64,000 bases of DNA from an uncultured Rickettsiales bacterium (GTDB taxonomy: Bacteria; Myxococcota_A; UBA796; UBA9615; CAYRNR01), in NCBI GenBank assembly GCA_964504165.1, contig CAZDDH010000006.1, positions 4,235 through 68,234 of the forward strand. Direction: 5' to 3'. A model generated the notes under the pieces. It was not told the DNA's origin and did no database searches. It saw nothing but the letters and a program-made list of their open reading frames with translations. A program made the position numbers and the translations under genes. This document shows positions 26,093-35,670 of the stretch, in pieces (position 1 is the stretch's first letter; every line of letters starts with the position of its first letter).

Positions 26093-28816
26093 GTGGCGAA
26101 AAGACGAGCCGGTACGACTCGCCGTCGCAAGGCACCGAAGAATAGCGCTCACTCCGAGCGCCTGCGCAGGCATGCGCGGGAATCCATAGGTCTGGTGCTG
26201 CTCGCCCTTGGAATCCTTCTATCCCTGGCGCTGCTCAGCTACCACCCGACGGATCCATCCCTCAATACGCAGAGCGCGGAGCCGGTGCGCAACTGGATCG
26301 GTCCCTTTGGGGCGACTCTCGCCGACTACCTGTTCCAGCTACTCGGTGTAACCAGTTTCGTTACCGCCGGAGTCTCACTGGTCTTCGGTGGGCGGTTGCT
26401 GGTGCGCCGGAAATCACCGGTGCATTGGCCCGAGGTGGCCGCACTATTCACCGTGGTCGTGATGGTGGCGCTGCTGGCTCAACTGCTCATCGGCAGCGTG
26501 CACTTCCGGGGGGAACCCCTTCCCACCGGTGGAGCCATTGGCGAGATCCTGGCCTCGTTGCTCACCCGCCTGATGGGGCGCGCGGGCAGCGTGGTGGTCA
26601 CCTGCTTTGCCCTGCTGATCATGATCAAGCTGGCGCTGGATGTGTCCTTCTCCGAGATCTGGGAACGGACGAAGGGCCCCATGGCTCGACTGTGGGGCTG
26701 GGGCCGGGCTCAACTGGCATCTGCGGGGCAGCGCACTCGAGCAGCGGCTCAGGGTGGCTTGCAGGGGATTCGAACGCGCTGGACGGACTATCTCCAGGCG
26801 AGGGCGCGGCGCAGGTCCGCCCGCCAGCGGAGTCGAGAAGAAGACGAGCAGCTGGAAGAGTTGGCGGTCGAGGCTCAGGAGGGGATGCGGGACACGCTCG
26901 AGAGTTCGGAGTTGCTGGCCGTCCCCCCCCGGATCGTGCACGGCGGCGTGAGCGAACCCGCAGATGGCGACTCACAGGAAGTCATCAGCCTCGAGAAGCT
27001 GGACTCCGTGACCCAATCGGACCGGACGAAGGCCCCCCCGGAGGACGCCTGTGCGGTGGAGGTCGAGGTGGAGGAGACGGGCGCGGGTGAAGCGCCGGCC
27101 ATCGTCGCCGACGATCCGACCCTGCTCCCCGAGACTCCCGCTGAGTTGCTCATGGCGGTGACCGCACCGGCCGGGAGTGAAAAGGCCGGCGACGAGCCCA
27201 GCGAGCCAGCCAAGCCCACAGAACCAGCCGAGGCCGCTACGGGCGAGCCGGAGATCGTCGAGAGCGAACATCTGCAGGCCAACCCCAAACAAGAAGTGGA
27301 CAGCCTGCGAGGGTGGTCCGCCGACGTGGAGTTCAAGGTTCCGCCGATGGCCCTGCTGGACCCGGTGTCCCGGGACCGTTTCGGCTACAGCAAGGAAGAA
27401 CTCCACGGCTTCGCCAGGACCCTCGAACGCAAACTGCTGGACTACAAGGTCAAGGGTCGGGTCACGGCCATCCGTCCCGGCCCGGTCGTGACGATGTACG
27501 AGTTCGAGCCCGCCCCGGGGGTGAAGATCTCCACCATCGCCAACCTCTCCGATGATCTGTCGCTGGCGTTGAAGGCCGAGCGGGTACGCATCGTGGCCCC
27601 CCTCCCGGGCAAAGGGGTGGTGGGCGTCGAGGTCCCCAACCTCAAGCGGCAGACGGTCTTCCTGCGGGAGGTGCTGGCTCACGAATCGGCGGAGATCGCC
27701 AAGCGTGCCCTTCCCATCGCCATGGGCAAGGACATCATCGGCCGCCCCAACGTGGCGGACCTGGCCAAGATGCCGCACATGCTCATCGCAGGGACCACCG
27801 GTTCGGGTAAGTCGGTGGCGGTCAACTCCATGCTGACCACCTTGCTGCTGAGCCGCACCCCCGACGAGGTCCGCATGATCCTCGTCGATCCGAAGATGAT
27901 CGAGTTCAGCGTCTACGAGGACATCCCCCACCTGCTGTTCCCGGTGGTGACCAACCCGCGCCGTGCCACAGCCGCTCTGCGGTGGGCCGTCGGGGAGATG
28001 ACCCGCCGCTACGAACTGCTGCGCTTTTTCAAGAAGCGCAACATCGCCGGCTTCAACAAGCAGATGGAGGAGCAGCGCGAGGCCTGGGAGAAGGGCGGCG
28101 ACGAGGCGCTGAGCTACGACCCCGAAGATGCCAAGTGCCCACTCACCGGCCCGCCGGAGAAGCTGCCTTTCATCGTGATCGTCATCGACGAGCTCGCCGA
28201 TCTGATGATGGTGGCCAAGAAGGACGTGGAGGACTGCATCGTCCGGCTGGCACAGATGGCCAGGGCCGCAGGTATCCACATGATGCTGGCGACCCAGCGA
28301 CCGTCCGTGGACGTGATCACGGGGCTCATCAAGGCCAACTTCCCGGCTCGCTTGTCGTTCAAGGTGGCATCGAAGGTGGACAGCCGTACCGTGCTGGATT
28401 CCAACGGTGGCGAAAACCTGCTGGGCGCCGGCGATATGTTGTTCCTCAAGCCGGGGCAGTCTGGATTGCTCCGCGTTCATGCGCCGCTGGTGACGATCTC
28501 GGAGATCGAACGGATCTGCGAGGAACTCCGCGTACAGGCCGAGCCGGCCTATCTGGAGAATGTCCTGGAAGCGGCTGTCGCGGCAGAAGCGGCGGGTGAG
28601 GAAGAGGAAGAGTACGACGAGTTCTACGACCGTGCGGTGGCTATCGTGTCCGAGACACGCAAGGCCAGCACATCCATGCTTCAGCGCCGGCTGAAGATCG
28701 GGTACAACCGCGCAGCGCGGATCGTGGAACGCATGGAAGAAGAGGGAGTCGTGGGGCCGGCGGACGGCGTGAAACCGCGCGAGGTATTCGTGCAACCGTT
28801 CGGGGCAGAGATGTGA
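26093..28816 (+). CDS. ftsK: DNA translocase FtsK/SpoIIIE
   Basis: N-terminal 4-TM domain, Pro/Glu-rich linker, motor domain with Walker A (AGTTGSGKS) and the C-terminal gamma winged helix. GTG start at 26093. Confidence 0.9.
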   Translation: MAKRRAGTTRRRKAPKNSAHSERLRRHARESIGLVLLALGILLSLALLSYHPTDPSLNTQSAEPVRNWIGPFGATLADYLFQLLGVTSFVTAGVSLVFGGRLLVRRKSPVHWPEVAALFTVVVMVALLAQLLIGSVHFRGEPLPTGGAIGEILASLLTRLMGRAGSVVVTCFALLIMIKLALDVSFSEIWERTKGPMARLWGWGRAQLASAGQRTRAAAQGGLQGIRTRWTDYLQARARRRSARQRSREEDEQLEELAVEAQEGMRDTLESSELLAVPPRIVHGGVSEPADGDSQEVISLEKLDSVTQSDRTKAPPEDACAVEVEVEETGAGEAPAIVADDPTLLPETPAELLMAVTAPAGSEKAGDEPSEPAKPTEPAEAATGEPEIVESEHLQANPKQEVDSLRGWSADVEFKVPPMALLDPVSRDRFGYSKEELHGFARTLERKLLDYKVKGRVTAIRPGPVVTMYEFEPAPGVKISTIANLSDDLSLALKAERVRIVAPLPGKGVVGVEVPNLKRQTVFLREVLAHESAEIAKRALPIAMGKDIIGRPNVADLAKMPHMLIAGTTGSGKSVAVNSMLTTLLLSRTPDEVRMILVDPKMIEFSVYEDIPHLLFPVVTNPRRATAALRWAVGEMTRRYELLRFFKKRNIAGFNKQMEEQREAWEKGGDEALSYDPEDAKCPLTGPPEKLPFIVIVIDELADLMMVAKKDVEDCIVRLAQMARAAGIHMMLATQRPSVDVITGLIKANFPARLSFKVASKVDSRTVLDSNGGENLLGAGDMLFLKPGQSGLLRVHAPLVTISEIERICEELRVQAEPAYLENVLEAAVAAEAAGEEEEEYDEFYDRAVAIVSETRKASTSMLQRRLKIGYNRAARIVERMEEEGVVGPADGVKPREVFVQPFGAEM

Positions 28817-28835
28817 GACGGACAAGGGAGCGACG

Positions 28836-29495
28836 ATGAGGCTGGTTACGACGGGTGTGATCTCGATGATGCTCTTACTGGGAATGGTGAGTGTGGCGTC
28901 GGGGGAGAAGGGATCGGGACTGGATCAGGTGCTCCATGGTGTGAACGAGCACTATGCGAACGTGACGGCGATCCAGTGTTCGTTCGAGCAGGAGAACCAG
29001 TACCTGGGTGGCGAGAACTTCGTCCAGAAGGGGACGCTGTTGATCCAGCGCCCTGCCAAGATGAAGTGGGACTATACCAGCCCGTCCCTGCGCCAGTTCA
29101 TCAGCGACGGCGAGAGCCTGTGGGTCTACCACCCGGACGAGAAACGGGCCTTCGTGATGAACGACCTGGATTCGGGGGACCAGGCGCGGATGTTCGGCTT
29201 CATCTTGGGCCTGGAGGACGTGCGCAGCCAGTTCACGGTCACCCTGCTGCCCGAGCCGGGAGAGGGCGGACGGATCCGGCTGCAGCTCGTCCCCAAGGAG
29301 GCGATGGCCGGTGTGGACAAGATCTGGGTCGAGGTGGAGCCGGAGAAGCACGCCATCGTGTCGGTGACGTTCGATGATGGCATGGGCAACCTGACCGTGA
29401 CCCGTCTCACCGATGTACAGACCAACCCGGAGATTCCCACCGGTGAGTTCACCTTCGAGGCCCCTGACGGGGTTGAGATCCTTCCCTACAACTAG
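28836..29495 (+). CDS. lolA: Outer-membrane lipoprotein carrier LolA
   Basis: Signal peptide and LolA fold motifs (..QCSFEQENQYLGGENFVQKGTLLIQRPAKMKWDYTSP..). Conserved ftsK–lolA adjacency. RBS AAGGGAG. Confidence 0.85.
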   Translation: MRLVTTGVISMMLLLGMVSVASGEKGSGLDQVLHGVNEHYANVTAIQCSFEQENQYLGGENFVQKGTLLIQRPAKMKWDYTSPSLRQFISDGESLWVYHPDEKRAFVMNDLDSGDQARMFGFILGLEDVRSQFTVTLLPEPGEGGRIRLQLVPKEAMAGVDKIWVEVEPEKHAIVSVTFDDGMGNLTVTRLTDVQTNPEIPTGEFTFEAPDGVEILPYN

Positions 29496-29498
29496 CCC

Positions 29499-30851
29499 GT
29501 GACATCCCCAAAAACCGACAAGAACGCTGGACCGACCGTCCACATCGCGGCGCTGGGGTGCGCCAAGAACCAGGTAGACGCGGAGGTGATGGCGGGCCAG
29601 CTGAATACGCTGGGCGCCCGGATCGTAGACGACCCGGAGGACGCCGAGGTGCTGGTCGTGCATACCTGCACGTTCATCGAGGACGCCTCCCAGGAGTCGG
29701 TGGATGTGGTGCTGGAGCTGGCCCGGCACCGTGAGCAGGGGCGGTGCCGCAAGCTGGTATTGAGCGGATGCCTGGCCGAACGGTACGGCGAGAAGTTGCT
29801 GGAGTTGATGCCGGAGGTGGACCTGGTAGCGGGTACGGGAGCCGTACATCAGGTCGCTGAGATGTGCCTGGATGATCAGGCCGGCGTCGTTCGCCCTCCG
29901 CCTCAGTGTGCGGCGCTGGACGGTGCCGTCAGGGCGGGCATGCCACAGGGAGGATCGGCCTTCGTGAAGGTGGGGGAGGGGTGCTCCCAGCAATGTTCGT
30001 TTTGCATCATCCCCCAGCTGCGCGGTCCGCTGAGGACCCGGCCGGTGGCGTCCATTGTCGCTGAGGTACGGGAACTGGTGGAGAACGGTGTGCGAGAGGT
30101 GAACCTCATCGGTCAGGACACAACCGCTTTCGGGCGGGACCGGGGCAAGGTGCGGCTGCCAGACCTGTTGTGGGCGCTGGACGACGTCGAGGGGTTGGAC
30201 TGGATCCGCATCCTGTACGCTTACCCTGCTCGGTTCAGTGATCGGTTGATCGAGGCCATCCGAGAGGGGCAACGGGTTGTTCCCTACGTGGATGTGCCGC
30301 TGCAGCACGTGGATGGCGGCGTGTTGAAGGGCATGGGGAGGGGAACGTCCGAGAAGACGGTGCGAGAGTTGGTCGAGCGGCTGCGCGCTGGGATACCGGG
30401 CGTGGCGCTGCGAACCACGTTCCTGGTGGGGTTCCCCGGTGAAAGCGAGTCGGCTTTCGGCAAGCTGATGGACTTCGCCAGCGAGGCACGCTTCGAACGC
30501 ATGGGTGTATTCCCGTTCAGCGCCGAGGAGGGGACGCCTGCGGCCCAGCTACCGGGCCAGCTCCCTGAAGATGTCCGCGAGGAGCGTCAGGCTGCCCTGA
30601 TGGCCTTGCAGGAGGGAATCCACCTCGAACACAACGAGGCGCTGGTAGGAAGCCGTCAGCGAGTGCTTGTCGAGGGACTGGAGCAGGGCCCCCTGTGGAC
30701 GGGACGAACGGCACTCCAGGCACCGGAGGTGGACGGCTGCGTGATCCTGGACGGCGGCGACCTGGAAGCGGGCCAGATGATCGATGCGACGATAACAGGG
30801 GTGGATGGCTACGATCTGGTGGCGAGCTTGGCCCGCCAAGGGGAAGGATAG
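29499..30851 (+). CDS. rimO: Ribosomal protein S12 methylthiotransferase RimO (MiaB-family radical-SAM enzyme)
   Basis: N-terminal MTTase domain (IAALGCAKNQVDAE), radical-SAM CxxxCxxC (CSQQCSFC) and a C-terminal TRAM domain. GTG start at 29499. Confidence 0.88.
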   Translation: MTSPKTDKNAGPTVHIAALGCAKNQVDAEVMAGQLNTLGARIVDDPEDAEVLVVHTCTFIEDASQESVDVVLELARHREQGRCRKLVLSGCLAERYGEKLLELMPEVDLVAGTGAVHQVAEMCLDDQAGVVRPPPQCAALDGAVRAGMPQGGSAFVKVGEGCSQQCSFCIIPQLRGPLRTRPVASIVAEVRELVENGVREVNLIGQDTTAFGRDRGKVRLPDLLWALDDVEGLDWIRILYAYPARFSDRLIEAIREGQRVVPYVDVPLQHVDGGVLKGMGRGTSEKTVRELVERLRAGIPGVALRTTFLVGFPGESESAFGKLMDFASEARFERMGVFPFSAEEGTPAAQLPGQLPEDVREERQAALMALQEGIHLEHNEALVGSRQRVLVEGLEQGPLWTGRTALQAPEVDGCVILDGGDLEAGQMIDATITGVDGYDLVASLARQGEG

Positions 30852-30854
30852 GAT

Positions 30855-31202
30855 CTAGAGATAGGCGATGGCCTTGACCACCTGAGCCACGATTTCCCTT
30901 TCTTCGTCGGTCACCGCTGAGAACTGGATGCCCATGCCGGGGTTGGGATTGTCGTCGTCTGGCCTGAACGGGTTGATCCACACGACCTTGCCCTTCACCT
31001 CGACGGGGTCTTCCGTTCCGGGAGGCTGGAAGCGCATCTCCACGGTGGTGCCCACGGGCAGCGGCTCCCTGGTCTCGATGAAGATCCCGCCTTCACTGAT
31101 GTTCTGCGTGTACTCGTACAGAAAATCGCCGCCGCCTTCGTTGCGATAATCCATCCTGGTCCGCATGGCTTTGCGTTCGTCGTGGCGTTTCTCTGTGCTC
31201 AT
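30855..31202 (-). CDS. PilZ-domain (c-di-GMP-binding) protein
   Basis: RxxxR...D/NxSxGG signature: RHDERKAMRTRMDYRNEGGGDFLYEYTQNISEGGIFIE. Confidence 0.8.
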   Translation of the reverse strand: MSTEKRHDERKAMRTRMDYRNEGGGDFLYEYTQNISEGGIFIETREPLPVGTTVEMRFQPPGTEDPVEVKGKVVWINPFRPDDDNPNPGMGIQFSAVTDEEREIVAQVVKAIAYL

Positions 31203-31332
31203 CGCCCCTCCTGGGAACGTCCGTGCTTGTTGTAGGCGCTGCTATGTTGTCAAGGGGAGTGGTAGCGGTCAAGCCCGCCCACCAATGGAACAAAAAGTAA
31301 ATTCTGGCTGGAGTCGGAGAGCGGTCTGCCGG

Positions 31333-33645
31333 TCACCCGGATGAAGCGATACTCAGAGTGTAGGTCTCGCAGGGGTCGGCGGTTCCGCTCTGGCGAACGA
31401 CACGGAAGTAGTAGTTGTCCGAGTCGTCGTCCAGCCAGTCCCCCCCGAAGCTGACGCTGGTCTGTCCCGGGCCACCATCCTCGAGGGAGTTGTCCTTGTA
31501 GAGTTCCAGGTAGACCGTCACCCCCGCCGGCGCCGTGACCGAGCCGGTCACCGAGTAGTTCCCGCCGAAGGGATCCCCCTGGTAGATGTAGAACCAGTCC
31601 TCGTCCGAGTTGTTGTGGAGGGTCGCATCGGACAGGGCCGTGGAAGACGTGGAGGTCGAATTGCTCGAGTACAGCTGTGGTGCGCTGGCGCGGGAGTCGT
31701 TGGACTCGTAGGGATCGATCTCGTCCTCCCCGATGGCGCCGTCGCAGTCGTTGTCCATCCCGTCGCAGTAGTCGGCCGCTCCGGGGTGGACGGCCGCCTC
31801 CCCGTCGTCACAGTCCCCGTCGCAGTCGCTGTATCCGTCCCCGTCGTCGTCCGTCTCGTTGGTGTCGTTGACCCCGTCGCAGTTGTTGTCCAGCTCCCCG
31901 TCGCAGTTCTCGGGGGCGCCCAGATAGACCAGAGCGTTGCCGTCGTCACAGTCGCCGTCACACTCGGTCATGCCGTCGCCGTCGTCGTCGAGTTCGTCGC
32001 CGTCGAGGGTGCCGTCGCAGTTGTTGTCGGCCACGCCATCGCAGACCTCGGCGGCGTTTGGGTTGACGTTGGGGTTGTTGTCGTCGCAGTCATCCTCGTC
32101 GCAGCTGGCATGGTCTCCGAAGATATCGCCATCGTTGTCGCTGGCGTAGCAGTCGCAGTCGTCGTTGTCGTCGCTGGGCGTGCCGAAATCGAAGCCGGCC
32201 CCGAGGGAGGTCGTGGAGCCGCACCAGTTGGCCGGATCGTCGTTGGCGACATAGTCCAGCTGGCTCATGTCCAGCATGATGGGCTGGCCGGCTGCTGTGG
32301 ACGGCCAGGGGCCGCTGAAGTCGTACTCCACGCGGTCCACTTCCACGACGCCGATGCTCAGCACGATCTCGTCGACGGTGTCGTCGAGGTTGAATCCGGC
32401 GTACTCGTAGTCCACCGCCACGTTCCCGTTGCTGCCCATGTCCCCGTTGTTGCCCAGGGTGGCGAAATGCCCGGGGAGGATCATCAGCGCGTCGTCGATG
32501 GTGTGGCTCTCCCCATTGGTGATGTCGGAGATGACCCAGCCGTACAGCCCGATGGTCTCGCCGGTGTTGTTGTACACCTCGAACCACTCGCCCGAGCCGT
32601 CGTTGACGGCGTCCGGGTTGGCCTGGACCTCGCTGATGACCACGTCGCCGTCGTTGGGCAGGACCACGACCGAATCCTGGCCCAGGGGGCCCTCCAGCTG
32701 CCCGTCGGTGGGGACGACCTGGCAAATCCACTCCTCGCTGACGGTCGTTTCCGCCGCCAGCACCGTGTCCGTCGTGTTCCCCGTCTGGGCACCGTCGAGC
32801 AGCCAGTTGTACAGGTAGGTGACCGTATCCCCATTGGGATCGACGGAGCCGCTCGCCGTGCACAGCAGATCATCCGATGTCTGTGGATTGGCCGGCGTGA
32901 TCTGCACGGTGGGCTGGGACGGGGCGGAGGGTTCGGAGTTGATATGGATGGTGATCTCGTCTTCGGCGATCTGATCGGATGCATCGGTGACGGTCACCCG
33001 GATGGTGTGATCGCCCACGCTGAGTTGGTCCGTGGAGACGAACATCCAGCCCTCATCGCTGGGGACCGTCGTGTCGAATTCTCCATCCAGGTTGGACCAC
33101 CAGGAGACCGTCAGGTTGGCTGGGCCGTTGTCATCATCGGCCGTCGCGGCAAAATCCACCTCTTCGTCCATCTCGAAGGTCTCGCCGTCCGACGGGCTGT
33201 TGATGGCCACGGTCGGGACCTGGTCGAGGGGAGTCTCCAGGACGATGATCTCGATGGTGTCGGTATCGGATAGATCGTCCGAATCTGTGGCCGTGACGGA
33301 AATAGAGTGAGTCGCGCCGACCAACGCCGGGGCGATGAAATACGTGAGCCCGTCGGCGCTTGCGGTGCTGGTACCCAGCTCCTCGATGATGGTGTCTACG
33401 CCATCCGAATAGACGGTTTGCCACACGATCTGGAGTTCGTCTGGGGTGTCCAGATTGTCCGAAACCTGCGCTGAGAACTCGACGCCGTCCCCCTCGTCGT
33501 ACGTCGGCGTGCCATCGACGACCGAGGGTTGCAGGATCACGACCGTGGGCGGGATGGGGGTCTTGTGGGCGCCGGGATCCTGGCACGAGGACAGCAGCAG
33601 GACCATCGCAGCCAAGCAGATAATCAGTCGCAGGCAGTGGTACAT
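31333..33645 (-). CDS. Large surface lipoprotein (770 aa): Ig-like domains + lamin-tail domain + three MopE-like 'putative metal-binding motif' Cys/Asp repeats + C-terminal β domain
   Basis: Lipobox LLLSSCQ. Repeated ~90-aa Ig-like modules. LTD-like segment GEWFEVYNNTGETIGLYGWVISD. Repeats CDGxxDxxCDG...DCDDxN (e.g. TECDGDCDDGNALVYLGAPENCDGELDNNCDG). Confidence 0.8.
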   Translation of the reverse strand: MYHCLRLIICLAAMVLLLSSCQDPGAHKTPIPPTVVILQPSVVDGTPTYDEGDGVEFSAQVSDNLDTPDELQIVWQTVYSDGVDTIIEELGTSTASADGLTYFIAPALVGATHSISVTATDSDDLSDTDTIEIIVLETPLDQVPTVAINSPSDGETFEMDEEVDFAATADDDNGPANLTVSWWSNLDGEFDTTVPSDEGWMFVSTDQLSVGDHTIRVTVTDASDQIAEDEITIHINSEPSAPSQPTVQITPANPQTSDDLLCTASGSVDPNGDTVTYLYNWLLDGAQTGNTTDTVLAAETTVSEEWICQVVPTDGQLEGPLGQDSVVVLPNDGDVVISEVQANPDAVNDGSGEWFEVYNNTGETIGLYGWVISDITNGESHTIDDALMILPGHFATLGNNGDMGSNGNVAVDYEYAGFNLDDTVDEIVLSIGVVEVDRVEYDFSGPWPSTAAGQPIMLDMSQLDYVANDDPANWCGSTTSLGAGFDFGTPSDDNDDCDCYASDNDGDIFGDHASCDEDDCDDNNPNVNPNAAEVCDGVADNNCDGTLDGDELDDDGDGMTECDGDCDDGNALVYLGAPENCDGELDNNCDGVNDTNETDDDGDGYSDCDGDCDDGEAAVHPGAADYCDGMDNDCDGAIGEDEIDPYESNDSRASAPQLYSSNSTSTSSTALSDATLHNNSDEDWFYIYQGDPFGGNYSVTGSVTAPAGVTVYLELYKDNSLEDGGPGQTSVSFGGDWLDDDSDNYYFRVVRQSGTADPCETYTLSIASSG

Positions 33646-33708
33646 GACTCTCTCCCGAGTTGCCTTAGTTTAACGCGTTCGGAGTATTTCGACCTGCCTG
33701 GCAGTAGG

Positions 33709-35292
33709 TCAGGCCTCGCGGAAACCGGTGACCGGAAGCTCGAGGATGAAGCAGCCGTTCCCCTCGACGTCGAATTCGGTGCGTAGATTCCCGCCCATTC
33801 CGCGGGCCAACAGGCGCGCGATGTTGAGCCCGAGCCGGGACGATGAGTAGGGCGTCGGCCCCTCGTGCTCAGGGAAATGTGGGCCGAAGATGAAGCCGTC
33901 GTCGTGGCCCGGCTCCAGCCGCTTGGAGGGGATCTCGAGCTGGTACTGGTTGCCCATCAAGCAATGATTGATCTGGGAGCCGATGCCGCCGACGAAGGGG
34001 CGCGGATCCACGATCTCCTCGAAGATGCGCTCGGTCCAGCCCCGATCCACACATAGCAAAGGGATCCGGCCACCGGCGGTGATGGCGTGGTCGAACACCG
34101 GCGGCTTGCCCCAGTCCGCTTCGCGGATCAGGCGTAGGGCGGTGACCTCCTCACGGGCCGGTTTGGCCAAGCCGGCGTGGAGCTTGGAGATCATCAACAT
34201 GTCATCCACCAGCTCCTGGAAGGCGGCAGTATTCCGTTTGATGATGCCGGCAAATCGCCGTTGTTCCGGATCGAGTGGGCCAGAATCGGCATCGAGCAGG
34301 AGGTTGGCCTCATTGCACATGGCATCGAGGGGAGTCCTCAGCTCATGGCTGACACCGGCGACGAAGCGGCTGCCCGTTTGCCCGGCCTGTTCCAGTTCCA
34401 TGCTCCGGCTCTCCATGGCAGCCAGCTCCGCGTACTGGGCCCGCAGGTCATGCAACAGGACCAGGTAGTCGTCCTCCGAGCCCAGGGTGAGGATGCGATA
34501 GGCGACGGGGATCGGCTCGCCACCCTTGACGGGGATCTCGCTGCGGCCCTTCCTGTCATTGAGCTCTTGGTCGGTACTGGACCACCCCAGGTGGACCACC
34601 GCATCCACCAGGATCCCCTCCAGCAGAGACGACGAACGGCCGGTGAGGTCCTCGGCCGCACGATTGGCACGACGGATCCAGCCGCTGCGGTCGACGACCA
34701 CCACGGCGGTGCTGATGGCGGCCAAAATGGCTTCCAGCCGCATATGTTGCGCGGTCGCCCGCCCGAGTTCCTCCCGGCGGGTGGCACGGTGCTGGTCCAG
34801 CGCTTCGAGTAACGGCAGCAGGAGCAAGATGCTGATCCACAGATAGCCGATCTGCAGAACCAGCCTGAGCATGGAATCCAGCGTGAGCGCCTGCCCCCCT
34901 TGGGGGGGCACGAGCAGGGCGGAGCCCAGCACCAGGGAGAGGAACACGGATATGGCCACGGATGCCAGGCCGCCCCTCCACAGCAGGGCCATGGCAACCG
35001 CCGGCAGCGCCGCGAGCACCCACAGCGGTGTGTCCAGGAAGCTGACCATGCGGCTGCACAGCAAGACGGCAGCAGACAGCAGCAGGATATGCAGGGTCCG
35101 GCTGATGACCGGGCGCCGGAGGATCACCGAGCTGATGAACAGGAGCACCTCGATGCCACCGATGGCCAGCAGGACCGCGGTCAGAGTCCAGGGGCTCTCG
35201 ATGCGGTTTGACGAGACGGCAACCGACGTCAATCCCAGCATCAGCAGGATCAGACCAAAAATGGTCAAGATCCGCTCGTTCGATTCGCTCAT
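33709..35292 (-). CDS. Membrane sensor histidine kinase (multi-TM N-terminus, PAS-like, HisKA, HATPase)
   Basis: H-box VAGVSHELRTPLDAM. N, G1 and G2 boxes in the C-terminal part. About 6 N-terminal TM helices. Confidence 0.85.
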   Translation of the reverse strand: MSESNERILTIFGLILLMLGLTSVAVSSNRIESPWTLTAVLLAIGGIEVLLFISSVILRRPVISRTLHILLLSAAVLLCSRMVSFLDTPLWVLAALPAVAMALLWRGGLASVAISVFLSLVLGSALLVPPQGGQALTLDSMLRLVLQIGYLWISILLLLPLLEALDQHRATRREELGRATAQHMRLEAILAAISTAVVVVDRSGWIRRANRAAEDLTGRSSSLLEGILVDAVVHLGWSSTDQELNDRKGRSEIPVKGGEPIPVAYRILTLGSEDDYLVLLHDLRAQYAELAAMESRSMELEQAGQTGSRFVAGVSHELRTPLDAMCNEANLLLDADSGPLDPEQRRFAGIIKRNTAAFQELVDDMLMISKLHAGLAKPAREEVTALRLIREADWGKPPVFDHAITAGGRIPLLCVDRGWTERIFEEIVDPRPFVGGIGSQINHCLMGNQYQLEIPSKRLEPGHDDGFIFGPHFPEHEGPTPYSSSRLGLNIARLLARGMGGNLRTEFDVEGNGCFILELPVTGFREA

Positions 35293-35669
35293 TCCTTGCG
35301 CTCCCGGCCTTCCAACAAACCGCTTACCGCCGAATGAAGCTGCTTCAGACTGACGGGTTTGCTCAGCGATCCATCGAACCCGGCCGCCAGCATCAGGCGT
35401 TCGTCATCGGGGAGGACATGGGCCGACAGGGCAAGCACGGGAATGTGGCCGGCGATCTCGCGGAGGTTGGCCAGGGTCGTGAAACCGTCCATCCCGGGCA
35501 TCTGCAGATCCAGCACGATGAGGTCAGGTGGCGACTCTGCGACCAGATCCAGGGCCGTCTGGCCGGATGCCGCGGCCTTCACCTCGTACCCCGCGACCTT
35601 GAGGAGCTCCACGATCAGCGTGCGGCTGTCCGGTGTGTCGTCGACGACGAGGATCTTTGCGTCTCCCAC
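35289..35669 (-). CDS. Single-domain response regulator (CheY-like receiver)
   Basis: KILVVDDTPDSR...DLIVLDLQMPGMDG...SKP receiver signature. GTG start at 35669. Stop overlaps the downstream HK start (ATGA). Confidence 0.85.
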   Translation of the reverse strand: MGDAKILVVDDTPDSRTLIVELLKVAGYEVKAAASGQTALDLVAESPPDLIVLDLQMPGMDGFTTLANLREIAGHIPVLALSAHVLPDDERLMLAAGFDGSLSKPVSLKQLHSAVSGLLEGRERKE

Positions 35670-35670
35670 C

